From Vicugna vicugna (lineage: Eukaryota), in contig MU058206.1 in assembly GCA_013265495.1 (NCBI GenBank), positions 1-64,000 on the forward strand: 64,000 bases of DNA, read 5' to 3'. Shown one piece after another: positions 48,101-61,630 of this stretch. The notes below the pieces were generated by a model that made no database searches, was not told the DNA's origin, and saw nothing but the letters and a program-made list of their open reading frames with translations. The position numbers and the translations under genes were made by a program. Each line of letters starts with the position of its first letter. Positions within the stretch are counted from its first letter, which is position 1.

Positions 48101-49539
48101 CCTTACTTTATCTTTTATTAAATTATAAGCTGTTTTATCGCTGTAACCCTCCCCATCCCCACTGAGGGCTTTGCCCTCCTCCCTAGCACCTGTGCACAGA
48201 AGGTGCTCAAACGCCCATGGAGTGCTGATTGTGTTCCTCCTCGTGCAACAGGTTCAGCCCATCTCCCTCCAATCTGCTCAGAGCACCTCCACATGGAGCC
48301 TTCACCCAGTCCAGCGAGGATGCCATTGAAAGAGAACCTAGAAGCAGGCTGTACTCAGACACGACAAAGAGAGCAGGAAAGTGGAGACAGAAGCGCATTA
48401 ATGGGGACCAGCCCTGTGACTTAATCCAGCTTGACAAGCTTTGGCAAAAGCCATTCATGGTTGTCCCTTTGGCTCCAACCAGGCCAGCAGCTCACACCTG
48501 TCCCCGATCCAGGCTGTCTAGAAGGAGAAGCCACCCACAGACATCAATTTGCAAGACAGACAGAGTCTGGGCATCCTCACAGGGGCGAGGGGAAGGCTGT
48601 GGGGTTGGGGGTTATGTAAAGTCAGGGATAATCTCTGAGTTTGGCTGCAGCTGACACAGGGCTGGAGATGAATCCATCAGACACCTGTCTGCCTTCTGGG
48701 CTGCTCTCCCCTCCAACCCCCCCCAACCTCCTGTCAGATTTTCAGTAAAGTCCTTTCTTCATTTCACCTGAACTATAAACTCCTGGAGAACAAGGGACTG
48801 GCTCTTACCTTGACATCCAACACTGTGCCTGATGAATAGCTATTAGTATAATCACCCCATTGTACAGATGAGGAAATTGAGGCTCACAGAGGTAGAGTGA
48901 CTCACAAGGTCACACCACAGATGCACAGCAGGTGGGAACCCATCTGAGACCTTGGGCCTTCAATACCCTGGACTCTTCTCACAGTCCCCTCTTAGGGGGC
49001 AGATCTCAAAAGGCAAGATATTCTCTGCAAACAAACTCCCAAAGCCAGTAAGTTCTGGAAGACTCAGGAGCAGAAAGCAGACTCCTTCCTCCCCACCCAC
49101 GCACTCCCATGTCTTCCAAAGTCACCTCCTAGCTTAGAAGGCTCTGAGCAAGGTCACTGGCCAATGGCCAGAAGAGTTTCTTTCTTGATTTTTCAGCAAA
49201 CTCCTGGTCTCCAGCTTCCCTCTCTGCCCTGGTTCTGTGGGAGGAGGACCCGAGGCTCCCTGACATGCAGTGAGCCAGCCAGTGGTGCCTGCGAAGAGTG
49301 ACGCTGGGGTCTGGCTCCTGATTCTTGTCTTTCAGGCACCCTGAGCCATCCCTGTATAAACAGCAAAGCTCTGCACCCTCTCTTCTGCCTGCCTTAGATC
49401 TAACCTCAGTGCCTTCTGCTATTTAGAGCAGATAAAAGTTGCTTGCAGCAACCCTTAAGAAGCTCCCAGACTGATGGAAAAGGCATGTTTCTTGACTCTG
49501 GTCAGCTCCCAATCTGATGGTGGAAACAGGTCGCTCTTG

Positions 49540-50340
49540 GAGGACCGCAGAGAGACAAAGAGCAGTGGGCGTCGGTGCAGGGGGCTGGGGGGAGGCAGAG
49601 GGAGGGCGACACGTAGGGGCAGGGTAGGAAGAAAGGCTGAGTGGGGGATTTTTTTGGCGGGAGGAAAGGTCCGGGGGACACCAGACCCAGCGGCCTTGCG
49701 TGGGTTGGGTGGAGGCGCCTGCCGGACTGGCCCAGGGATCGAGGTGGCTGAGCGGCTGGGGGGAGGGAGGGCAGGACCCCGGCGCTGGGGCCCCCCATCC
49801 TGGACCCGGCTGCTGCAGCCGGAGAAACCTAAGCCTGGGGGCCCTCCCCCTTCCCAATCCTCCAGTGCTAAAAAGCCCACGACATTTACGACTTCAGGAG
49901 GGTAAAGAGCCTGAGAAATGAATGGCAGACCATATGGATTTGTTTCCTGGGTTTAAAAAAAAAAAATGAAATCCTTCTAATTAGTTCGGGAAAAGCCATT
50001 GGCCTCCATCTCGAGGCCCCTGGATTCAATTACCACCCGGCCTCTCCCACGCGCAGCGGCAAGGCCCTCCCCGCCCCCTCCACGCGCGGGGGTCAGGGGT
50101 GCCCTAAGCAGGGGTGGGGAAGTGGGGGTCACGACAGTGTTTTTATTCATTTCTGACGGGTTCGATGATAAACGCCCTCGTGGCTGTTGCGAGTCTCCAG
50201 CGCCCAGCCCGGCCCCCACAGGGCCCCCTGGTCTACCGCCCCTGGGAAGGCCGCGGTCCTGGGACCCAACCTCCTTGGGTTACCCTCCTCTTTCTGCCAG
50301 TACACACTTCTTCCCCTCAGGCGAAAACGGAGTCGTTGAC
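49540..50340. promoter_or_regulatory. Orphan CpG/GC-rich island downstream of NGFR (candidate enhancer or promoter)
   Basis: Retained CpGs (cgcgcgggg, ccacgcgcagcgg, ggccgcgg) in non-repeat DNA, with a central AT-rich, motif-dense core. Confidence 0.55.
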
Positions 50341-51124
50341 CCAGCTGAAAGGTGGAATTATGGGTGTTCTCCAAAAAAATGTTTAAGAGTTGGTGTAATA
50401 CCTTTTCTTCAATGCAGGGAGACCAGCCACAAAAAAGCTCCTTACTCCTCCACCTGTGCTCTGGGTTCTCTCCGAGGCTGTCCCCTCAGTCCATAAACGC
50501 TCCCGCAATCTCCTCATCCTATTAACACCTTCTCTGAGCCCTGCCACCTTCTCAAGCCTCTGTCTTCTCACCTTCCCTGTCAAACTGCAGATTCTGGGAA
50601 AAAGAAGCCCCCTTCCCCTACCCTCAACCAACCCCGTAGTCCGACACCTCCCCACCTCCCTCCTGTCCCCAAGCTGGCCTCCCTCCTTGCCAGATCCAGT
50701 GGGTGCTCCCAAGCCTCCCCCTCCCTGCCAGCTCCCTGCACCTGTGCTCTGAAGAGGCCCTGGTCTCCCCTAAAACTGTCCTCCCTGAGTGGCCAAGACA
50801 CGGCTGCCTCTCCACCAGCTTCTCTGCCCACTGCCCCAGGGCCAAAGCTTCCGGGTCCCCTTCTTTTACTCTCTCTAGGCCATGCTGTCTTCTTGGCTCA
50901 CACCACCAACTGTCACATCCCCACTTGAAATAGCTTCTGGGTCTATTACCTCAGCATCACCACTGTCCTGATTTCCTCAGTTTTCTGGTGGCCTGTAAGT
51001 ACTAGCAACACCTCGAAGTCAACCAACTCACAATGCAACAAGAATCCTTACTTATCTGCACCACCCCTCCAAAAACAAAGCAACAGTAACAAAAGTTACT
51101 CCCTCAGCACTGTTATGTGTGTGT

Positions 51125-54010
51125 GTGTGTATATATTTAATAAAGCAGTTTTTGGTTCACAACAGAAGTGGGTGACATGTAACAAGAGAGTACTTCCCAC
51201 ATACCCTCTGTCACCCCAACACACATCTCCCTCCACCATCTATAGTGATACGTTTGTTACAACTGATGAACCCACACTGAGACGTCATCATCACCAAAGT
51301 CCATATTTACAATAGAGTTTAGTGTTGTGCATTCTGTGGGTTTGGATAAGTGTATAATGACATATATCCACCGTTATAGAATTGTACAGAATCTTTTCAT
51401 TGCCTTAAAAATCTTCTAATTACCCATCCTGTTGACCTGTCCCTCTCCCAACCTCGGGCAATCACTGATCCTTTTACTGTCTCTACAGTTTTGACTTTTC
51501 CAGAATGTCATATAGTTGGGATCATACAGTATATAGCCTTTTCAGATTGTCTTCTTTCACTTAGTGACATGCATTTAAGTTTCCTCCTTGTCTTTTCATG
51601 GCTTGAAAGCTCGTTTCTTTTTTAGTGCTGAATAATATTCCGTTGTCTGGATGGACTACAGTTTATTTATCTATTCACCTCCTGAAGGACATCTTGGTTG
51701 CTTCCAAGTTTTTGACAGTTAGGTGTAAAGCTGCTGTAAACATCCACGTGCCGGTTTTTGTGTGGATGTAAGTTTTCAGTTAGTTTGGGTAAATACCAAG
51801 GAGTGCAATTTCTGGATCGTATGGTAAGAGTATGTTTAGTTTTGTGAGAAACTGCTAAACTGTCTTCCAAGTTAGCTGTACCATTTTGCATTCCCGCCAG
51901 CAATGAATGAAAGTCCCTGTTGCTCCACATCCTTGCCCAGCATTTGGTATATCAGTGATTTGGATTTTGGCCATTCTAAAGCGTGTAGTGGTATCTCATT
52001 TTTGTTTTAATTTGCAATTCCCTAATGACATATGATGTTGAACATCTTTTCCAAAGCTTACTTGCCATCTGTATATCTTCTTTGGTGAGGTGTCTGTTTC
52101 AGGTCTTTTGTTCATTTTTTAATCAGGTTATGTGTTTTGTTACTGTGGAGTTTTAAGAGTTCTTTATATATTTTAGATAACAGTCCTTTATTAGATGTGT
52201 ATTTTGCAAAAATTTCCTCCCAGTCAGTGGCTTGTCTTCTGATTCTCTTGACATTATCACAGAGCAGAAGTTTCTAATGTTAATGAAATCCAGCTGACCG
52301 ATGTTTCTTTCTCAGATTGTGCCTTTGGTATTGTATCTAAAAAGTCATTGGCATACCCAACGTTTAGGTTTTTCTTATGTTATGGTCTAGTTTTATAGTT
52401 TTGTGTTTTACATTTAAGTTTATGATCCATTTTGAGTTAATTTTTATAAAGAGTGTAAAGTCTATCTAGATTCAGCTTTTTGCATATGGATGTTTGGTTG
52501 TTCCAGTGCCATTTGTGGAAAAGATTATCTTTTCCCCATTGTATTGCTTTTACTCCTGTGTTAAGGATCAGTTGACTGTATTTATATGGCTCTATTTCTG
52601 GGCTGTTTCTTCTGTTCCTTCATCTATTTGTCTATCTTTTACCAATACCAAGGTGTTTTAATTACTGTAGCTTTATATTAAGTCTTGAAGTCAAGTCTTC
52701 TGACTTTGTTTTTCCTCCTTCAATATTAAGTTGGCTCTTCTGGGCCTTTTGCCTCTCCATAGAAATTTTAGAATTAGTTTGTGGATAGCCTCAAAATAAC
52801 TAGCTGATACTTTGATGAGGATTGCTTTGAATCTATAGATCATCTTGGGAAGAATTGAGATCTTGACAAAATGGAGTCTTCCTTTCCATGTACATGGAAT
52901 ATTTCTCTATTTATTTAGTTATTCTTTGATATCTTTCATCAGAGTTTTGTAGTTTTCTTCATATAGACCTATACTTATTTTGTTAGATTTATATGTAAGT
53001 ATTTCATTGGGAGGGGATGCTAATGTAAATGATGTGTTTTTAATTTCAAATTCCACTTGTTCGTTATTGGTATGTAGGAAAGCAATTGCTTTTTGTATAT
53101 TAAACTTATATCCTGCTACCTTGCTATGATTATTTATTAGTTCTAGGAGTTTTTTGTTGATTATTTAAAATTTTCTGTATGGATGATCGTATTATCTGTG
53201 AACAAAGACAGTTTGATTTCTTCCTTCTCGATTCCTTTTATTTCCTTCTCTTGTCTTCCTGCATTAGCTAGACTTCCAGCACAATGCTGAAAAGCAGAGG
53301 TGGGAGGGACATCCTTGCCTTGTTCCTGATCTTAGCAGGAAAGTTGAGTTTCTCACCATTAAGTGCGACATTAGCTATAGATTTTTTGTAGATATTCTTT
53401 ATCAAGTTGAGGAAGTTCCCTCTAGTCCTAATTTACTGATAGCTTTTTTTTTTATCATGAATGGAAGTTGAATTTTTGTCAAATGCTTTTTTCTGTACTT
53501 ATTGATAAGATCATGTGATTTTGCTTCTTTAGCCCTGTTGATGTGGTGGATTGCATTCATTGATTTTCAAATATAGACCCAGCTTTGCATATCTGAGATA
53601 AATCCCACTTGTTCATGGGATAAAAATCCTTCTTATACATTGTTGGATTTGGTTCACTAACATTTTGGGGGTGGGGCAGGTAATTAGATTTATTTATTTA
53701 TTTTTAGAGGAGGTACTGGAGATTCAGCCCAGGACCTTGTGCATACTAAGTATGTACTCTACCACTCAAGCTCTACTATCCCCCCTTGATCTGCTAATAT
53801 TTTGTTGAGGATTTTTGCATCTGTGCTCATATTGGTCTGTAGTTCTTTTTTTCTTGTGGTATCTTTGGTTGGTTTTGGTATTTGGGCAATGATAGTCTCA
53901 TAGAATGAATTAGAAAGTACTCCCTCAATTTTTATCTTCTGGAAGATTGTAGAAAATTGGTATAATTTCTTTAATAGTTATAGGCCTATTCAAATTGTCT
54001 ACTAGTTCTC
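51125..54010 (-). mobile_element. L1 (L1MC-like 3'UTR plus degraded ORF2), antisense
   Basis: L1MC-type 3' end 'tttgttacaactgatgaacccacactgagacgtcatcatcaccaaagtccat', then about 2.5 kb of T-rich antisense ORF2 remnants. Confidence 0.9.
53668..53785 (-). mobile_element. Vic-1-like tRNA-derived SINE nested in L1
   Basis: 'tttatttatttatttttagaggaggtactggagattcagcccaggaccttgtgcatactaag..ctctaccactcaagct'. Degenerate TSD 53649-53667 / 53786-53804. Confidence 0.85.
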
Positions 54011-54050
54011 TTTTCTTAATTGATGACACTTCTGCCCACACTGGCTTAGA

Positions 54051-54090
54051 CTGACTATCATTGACTATCATTGGCTATCATTGACTCCAT
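54051..54090 (+). repeat. 10-bp tandem repeat (TGACTATCAT), about 4 copies
   Basis: ctgactatca ttgactatca ttggctatca ttgactccat. Confidence 0.85.
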
Positions 54091-55189
54091 CTCACCTCAG
54101 TTTCTAACTGCAAACCAAATGGCATCTACTAGTATCAGGTCTCCTTCCCTCTAGAGTAACTGAGGGTTTAGAAGTCAGGCTCCAGGAGACTAAAAGTGTT
54201 GTTCCAAATGACCGCTCACAGGCTGTGTGACTTTCAACAAGACACTGAATCTCTCTGATCTCAGTCCCTCTATCCATAAAATGATGAGGGTTGGTTGTCA
54301 CAGTCACATATCATAGCTCACCACTCAGGTCTGCAGTGAACAATATTTACATAGTCAAATGCTGCTTTTTGATTGCTTTTGTTTGTTTCTTTTTGTTCTT
54401 GTAAACAAGGATCAACTTTTAGGCAAATCATAAAAGACTTGTCTGTCGTTACAGCCTAGAAAGTAAATGTTAATAACTTGATATCAAAAGTGTAGTTCAC
54501 AGTGGCTGAGAGGTGGAAGGAAAAGAAGAGAGATGGGGACCAATGTCCACACTTCCAAAGTGAAGAATCACGGTGGTCTGAGCAAGTAATAGGGGTCTTG
54601 ATGTGTGGTGTTCGATGTTGCAGGATTGAGGAGTGGAGGATCTGAGGACAGCAGAGTGTAACTACATTTGGGAGGAGAGGAGGAATTGGGAGGTTGAGAG
54701 TCAAATCCTTATCAATCCTAAAAGGTGACCAATTAATAATGTGTAATGTTAATAAGGGAAGGAAGACAGGTAAACAAAATATTTAAAATAACCAGTATAA
54801 ATACTAGAGATAAGAAGACAATCACCAGAATATCTAAAAATAAAAATGATTAAAAATTTCCCTGGAGAGTACGACCCCAGATGGGGACAGGGAGAGTCCT
54901 TTTTCACTTTAATCCCTTTAGTTTAATTTTTAAACCATATGCATATATTACTTAGTTAAAACTAAAATGTTTAAATAAATTATAAATTTCAACTGAAGAA
55001 TTTTTTACAGTTTTCTTTAATTTTTTTCTTTATTGAGGTATAATTGACATATAATAAGCTACACTTGTTTAAAGTGTGCAACATGATAGTTTTGACATAT
55101 GTATACAAGTGTGAAACTCTCACTATAGTCAGGATAGGAAATATATCCAACACCCCTAAAAGTTTCCTTATGCTCTTCATTTTAAAAAT

Positions 55190-56140
55190 TAATTTATTAA
55201 AAGAATTTTACTTTATTGAGTTATAGTTAGTTTACAATGTTGTGTCAATTTCTAGTATAGAGACAATTTTTCAGTTATACATGAACACACATATATTCAT
55301 TGTCACATTTTTTTTCACTGTGAGCTAACATAAGATCTTGTATATATTTCCCTGTGCTATACAGTATAATCTTGTTTATCTATTCTACATATGCCTGTCA
55401 GTATCTACACATCTCACACTCCCAGTCTGTCCCTTCCTACTCCCCTTCCCCCGGCAACCACAAGTTTGTATTCTATGTCTATGAGTCTGTTTCTGTTTTA
55501 CATTGAAGTTCATTTGTCTTCTTCTTCTTCTTTTTTTTAGATTCCACATATGAGCAATATCATATGGTATTTTTTTTTTCTTTCTGGCTTACTTCACTTA
55601 GAATGACATTCTCCTGGGACATCCATGTTGCTGCAAATGGCATTATGTTGTCATTTTTGTGGCTGAGTAGTATTCCATTGTATAAATATACCACTTCTTC
55701 TTTATCCAGTCATCTGTCGATGGACATTTAGGCTGTTTCCATGTCTTGGCTACTGTAAATAGAGCTGCTATGAACATTGGGGTGCAGGTGTCTTTTTGAA
55801 GTAAGGTTCCTTCTGGATATATGCCCAGGAGTGGGATTACTGGGTCATATGGTAAGTCTATTCCTAGTCTTTTGAGGAATCTCCACACTGTTTTCCACAG
55901 TGGCTGCACCAAACTGCATTCCTACCAGTAGTGTAGGAGGGTTCCCTTTTCTCCACAGCCTCTCCAGCATTTATCATTTGTGGACTTTTGAATGAAGGCC
56001 ATTCTGACTGGTGTGAGGTGATACCTCATTGTAGTTTTAATCTGCATTTCCCTAATGACTAATCTTTGAGCAACTTTTCATGTACTTATTTGCCACCCAT
56101 GTATCTTCCTTAACAAAAAATCTCTTTTAATCTTTTGCCC
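55190..56140 (-). mobile_element. Younger camelid-type L1 3' end (ORF2 C-terminus + 3'UTR), antisense
   Basis: ORF 55643-55912 (-) '[74 protein letters not shown]' is the canonical L1 ORF2 C-terminus. Confidence 0.93.
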
Positions 56141-56720
56141 ACTTTATATTAAGCTAAACATGAATTTATACTAATGTCTCCAATTCTAATCCACAAATCA
56201 TTCTATCATTCTAGCCTCCTCTCCTTGCCTACCTACACTACTACACAGTGAGAAACCTGGCTCTTACAATCCACTATCCATTTACTTAGTTGTTCAGTTC
56301 CAGTATACACACATACCGGTATCAGAATTGTGAACCTGTACCCCTGCAAGAAATAACTATCAACTAGAGTCCAGTGCTAATGTAAAGTTCCTTCTGACTT
56401 TAGTCTTATAGATGGGACTCACTCCCAAAGTTCCCAGTGCTTTTTCTCCCCATCCCATTTAGTGAGGTTGTTTCATACCATTTGTAAAATTTGGCACATT
56501 CTTCATTCTTTCCTGACATTTCTCAACTTCCTAAATGATTTTCTAAATTTGCATGCATTATGGCTCTCTCTTTGTGCTGTAAAGTTCCATGGGTTTTGAC
56601 AAATGCATAGTGTCATATGTCCACAATTACACCATCATCATCCTAAAACAAAATCCCCTGTGCTTCACCTGTTCAACCTCTCCTTCCTCCCTACAAACTC
56701 CTTGAAAACACTGATCTTTT

Positions 56721-56895
56721 TTGAAGGTTTTATTTTAATTTTTTAAATTCTTATTTTTTACTGAAGTGTAATCGATTTACAATGTTAGTTACAGGTGTAC
56801 AGCAGAGCCAACCAGTTATACACACACATATATATATTTTTTTTTTCAGATTCTTTTCCATTATGGCTTATAACAAGAAATTGAATATAGTTCCC
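56721..56895 (-). mobile_element. Very short L1 3' tail insertion (similar family to 2296-2840)
   Basis: Reverse complement starts 'gggaactatattcaat...' as in the 2.7 kb copy. TSD aaacactgatctttt (56706-56720) / aaacattgattttt (56896-56909). Confidence 0.8.
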
Positions 56896-57989
56896 AAACA
56901 TTGATTTTTGTTAAAAAACAACAACAAAAAAACCCCTATTGCTATAGGTTTATCTTTTCCAGAATCATATAATTGGAATCATACTATATGTAGCCTTTTC
57001 AGACTGAATTTTTTTTACTTAAAAATATGCACTTAAAATTCATCCATGTCTCTTCTTTCATCACCGGATAATATTCCCCTGTGGATGTACACAGTTTGCT
57101 TATCCATTAATCCACTGAAACATCTTGGTCCCTTCCAGGTGTTGGCAATTATAAAGAAAGCTGATAAAAACATTTGCGTGTAGGTCTTTGTGTGGACATA
57201 AAGAGTTCAAATCAGTTGGGTAAGTACTTAGGAGTGTGAGTGCTGGGTCATAAATTTAGCTTCATATGAAACTGCCAAGCTGTCTTCCAAATTGGCTGTA
57301 CTGCTTTGCATTCCCTCCAGCAATGAGTGAAAGTTTCTGTTGTTCCATATCCTTGTCAGCAGTTGGTATTGTCAGTTTTTAATATTTTAGCCATTCTAGA
57401 ATTTAATTTGCAGCTCCCTAATGGCAAATGATGCTGAGTATGTTTTCATATGCTTATTTGCCATCTGTGTATATTGGGGAGGACATGTCTGACCAGTCAT
57501 TTGCCCCTTTTTAAAACTGGTTGGTTTGTTTTCTTATTGTCAAGTTTTAAGAGTTCTTTGTTTTTTTTGGATACAAGTCTTTGTTCAGAAATGTGTTTTG
57601 CAAATATTTTTTTCCTAGTCTGTGGTTTTTTTTTCCCCCATTCTCTTAACAGTGACTTCTGAAGAGAAGATTTTTATTTTGATGAAGTTCAACTTGTCAG
57701 CCTGTTCGGGTCCTGATTTTGGTGCCATATCTAAGAAATCTTTGCCTAACCCAAGGTTATAAAATCAGCAATATTTTGTTAATAATTAATATGTTAATAA
57801 TAAAGTTAAAATCTTTTCTGTTATGTTTTCTTCAAGAAATTTTATAATTTTAAGTTTTCCATTTAGGTCTTTGACAAAGTTTGAGTTTATTTTTGTATAT
57901 GATGTGCTATATGGTCAAAGATTTTTGTGTTTTGGTTTTAGAGGGTTGTTTTGGCATATGGATATACAATTGTTCCAGCATCATTTGTT

Positions 57990-58145
57990 TGTTTGTTTGT
58001 TTATTCATTCATTTATTTGGGGGGGAGTAATTAAGTTTATTTATTTATTTGATGGAGGTACTGTGGATTGAACCCAGGACCTCATACATGCTAAGCACAG
58101 GCTCTACCACTGAGCTATGCACTCCCCCGAGCTATACCCTCCCCT
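57990..58145 (-). mobile_element. Vic-1-like tRNA-derived SINE nested in L1
   Basis: 'ggaggtactgtggattgaacccaggacctcatacatgctaagcacaggctctaccactgagctat'. Perfect 11-bp TSD catcatttgtt (57979-57989 / 58146-58156). Confidence 0.9.
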
Positions 58146-61074
58146 CATCATTTGTTGAAAAGACTACCCTTTCCCCATTGAATTGCTTCTGTACCTTTGT
58201 CAAGAATCAGTTGGCCATATATAGAAGTGTGGGTTATTTCTGGACTCTGTTCTGTTCCACTGACCTATTTGTCTATCTTTAAATAATACCATATTGTCTT
58301 GATTACTACAGCTCGACAGTAAGTCTTGAAATCAGGTAGTGTTAGCTCTCCAACTTTGTTCTTCCTGCAAAAGCAAGGCTAGCACAGTACTCCGTCTAGG
58401 GCTGATCACTCCCCATCACTGAAGTAAGACCTTCCCGGGTAGTCTGCGTGAATTATGAGTTTGTGCAGTCTGGCTGGTGGGAACAGGCACTATTCCCAAA
58501 TGGACACTGTTCTCTAATCCTCTTGGATCGTCTTTCCTGGCCGTGGGTAGTGTTTTCACTCCCATGTGCTGATCGGTATTCTAATCCTCCAGGCGTCTCC
58601 TCTGTAGATCCGGGGGTGGCCTCAGAGCAGATGTCTCCTCTCAGGTACTCTCTCCTGCTAACTCTAGATGCCTTGCTCTCCCCGGGCTGTCACCACCACT
58701 CCTCCTTTCCAGGAGTCCCTCTGGCTCTGCCTCCATCTCTCTCCCCGTGCACAGCCTGAAAGCCCTCTCCAGGCAGGAGCTGGGGCATCCTGGGGCCTGA
58801 CTCATTGTGTCCTATCTCTCAGGGATGGCTACCTTCATTGCCTTATGTCCAGTGCCTTGGTAATCTTGTTTCACATAGTCTGTCTGGTTGTTTTGTGTTG
58901 TTTTGAGAGGGAGGGCAAAGACAAATCTTGTCACTCCATCCTGGGCAGAAGCCAAAGGATTTTAAAGTCTCTTCCAGCTTTAACTCTTGCTGTGTATTAA
59001 GACTTCTGGATGATCTCCCTCTCCACGCACGTCTCCTTGCTGGAGGGGGGATGGCAGGCTGGATTTGGGGGCTCATGCCAGCAGAGAACGTGAACTCAGG
59101 GGGACAGAAAGTCACATGGCCTGAGCAGAGCAGATGGAAGAGGGGTGGGACCCAGGGAGGAGCTGAGGAGAGGAGACCCCGGGGGCCCAGGGAGTCACCC
59201 CAGGCATGTGGTGCAGCAACGGCTGAATCTGGCTCTGTCTGACCCAGATCTGTCTGAGCTCAAACTCTGACTTTCTTGCAACCCTGCCTGCTCAGAGAAC
59301 CTGGCAAGAAAGATTAAAGGGGAAGAGGAGGGTTTGCATGGGGCCCAGGCCAAGGGATCCTGCCTGAGGCTCGAAGCCCCGGGGAGGAGGAGAAAGGGAG
59401 GCAGAACTGGGTTCTCCTGGGCCCACAAGGGCCTCTTTCCTCCAGAAGACTGAGGGGAGCCCCTGCTATGTGACAGGCTTAGTCCCGAAGGTCTCCAGGA
59501 GTCTAGAGTTCCTACACAGTACCCTGTGTGGTGCTGGAGGCTGGGGGCTGGGGGGCAGGTGTCTCACGGTAAATACCTTCTTGTGCCCCCGAAGATTCTG
59601 GGGGTGGGAGTTGGTGTAGTGTTGTTGTGTCAATCTGGCAACTTGCTGAAAGGGCAGATGCTCAGCACCTCCACCTCCACGCTTCCCTGCCGGAGATTCA
59701 GATTAAGTGGGGCTGGGCCTTTGAGCCCCAGGTGATGTTGTGGCTGAGATTGGTCCAGAATTCCATTTTGAGAGGCATTGCTCTATGTGGTGGGCATCTT
59801 TCACCCAAAAGAGTGGCTGGGGAGTCGAGACCAGGTAGGCAGGCAGAGGTGCTCTTGAGAGGGGGCAGCTGTCAACATCCCTTTAAAGTCCCTCCCTGGG
59901 ATCCCTCCCATCCCAGATCTTATCTCTGGGTGCTGTCCCTGGATGGAGCTTTCTCCGGGGCACCTCAGGATCCCTGGGGCAGGAGGAGGGGGCAGATCAA
60001 AGGGCAGGCGCCCCAACAAGGGAACCTGAGATGGCTTCTTTGTCTGCATCCTGAAGAGGCCCAGCCTGAGACAGGATGGATGGGAGCCCTGGGCCAGCAG
60101 GTGGGGAGGGGGTGTGAGTGGAGAAACCAAATCCTGGTGCATTCACTGTGGACAAAAGGAAGGGCTTGGACAGAGCCTCAGGCTCCTCTCACAGCTGCTC
60201 TGGCTGGAGGCTTCCGGCAAGGTCTGGGGACATCTGGGTCAGGTTCTCTTTAGGGACAGGAAGAGCCCAGAGCGGGTGGTGGTTTGTACATCTATTGGTT
60301 GCGGACCCAGGTCCACTCGCTAAGCCCTGCTTTTAGCTGATTCCAAGTTACGCACACCCAGGAGGGGGCCTGGGAGCAGGGGGGGGGGAAGGGGAGGAGA
60401 CTGGAGTAGGAAGTAGCCCCTCCCAGATTCTCAAATCCCAGACACCCCCCCGCATCCCCAGCCCCCCTGGGAAAGCAGACTAGCCACTTGGGTGTAACAC
60501 TATCCCCAGGCTCGGGGCTCCCCCACATCTGGAGCCCCAGCTGCCGACCCTCCATGGAAGCTGTGAACTCTTCCCCCCAAGCCTGCCTGCTCCCAACAAC
60601 AGAAGCAAGGCTGAGGGATCAGCAGCTGTCTGCTCGGGGGACTGTCTGGGCCACATGCGGGCGCCAGGGACTTGGTAGGGGGGTAAGGGGGGAGAATCCG
60701 TGTTTCACCTGCCTCTATGGTAATTTGGGGCCTTCCAGTTGGTGTTAGGGTTGTGGGGTATATTTAGGGGTAGAATTAGCCTTAACCCAACTTTGGTCTG
60801 AATTCAAGGGGACCCAGAGATTAGGACCCTCCAAACTGCATACTCTGCCAAGTTCCCCACTGAGACCAGTTGGGTCTATGTAGACTCACTGGGCCAAGCA
60901 CCCAGTGCAGCCAGGCCAGGTCTGGAGGTGAAGATGTTGGGGGCCGGCAGGGGAAACCTGGAAGCAGAGGGGATGCGAAGGCCCCAACGGAGCCTCCTCT
61001 TCTGCAGGGTTCTCTCACATCCCTACCCCTCCCCTCAGCATTATTCCTGAGGCTGGTTGTTCCCAAGCCCACCT

Positions 61075-61630
61075 AGACTAGTTGCAGAGTGTAACAAATT
61101 ACCACAAGTTCAGTAGCTTAAAACAACACTCGTTTATTAGCTCATGGTTTATCACCCAGCTTAGAGTCCGGCTCCAGCCTAACTGGATACTCTGCTTGGG
61201 TCTCGCGGCTGCAGTCAAGGTGTTGGTTGGGGTGCATCCTTTCCTGAGTTTCACTTTTTCTGGGCTCTCATGGTTGTTGGCAAAATTCAGGTCCTGAGGC
61301 TGCAGGACTGAGGTTCCAGTTTTCTTGCTGGCTGACAGCTGGAGGATGCTCTCAGCTCCCTGAGGCTGCCTGCACTTCCTGCTCTCCCTAGAGTGCAGGC
61401 TATTTCTTCAAGGCCAAAAAGAGGCTCTCTCTGATGTCAGGGAAGGTCTCGGTCTCCCTTTTAAGAGCTCTCATCTGATGAAGCCGGCCCATCCAGAATC
61501 AGCTCCCTTTTGATAACTCACTCATAATCAACTACTTGGAACCTAACTATATCTGCAAAACCCCTTCACCTTTGTCATATTCTATTGGCTACAAGCAAGC
61601 TATAGGTTCTGTCCATGCACAAGGGGAGGT
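61075..61630 (-). mobile_element. MaLR solo LTR (MLT1E-like)
   Basis: 'tgtaacaaattaccacaagttcagtagcttaaaacaacac', 'caggactgaggttccagttttcttgctggctg', 'aactatatctgcaaaaccccttcacc'. Confidence 0.8.

Larger units (their letters stand above)
56150..58370 (-). mobile_element. Older L1 (L1MD/L1MC-like) 3' region, antisense, interrupted by younger insertions
   Basis: Antisense L1 motifs such as 'aactgccaagctgtcttccaaattggctgtactgctttgcattccctccagcaatga' and 'gtaagtcttgaaatcaggtagtg..ctccaactttgttctt'. Confidence 0.85.

Noticed and set aside
59627..60253. 208-aa ORF downstream (also the 200-aa ORF at 9503 and 206-aa ORF at 47058)
   Set aside because: No domain similarity or exon structure; composition typical of GC-rich non-coding DNA.
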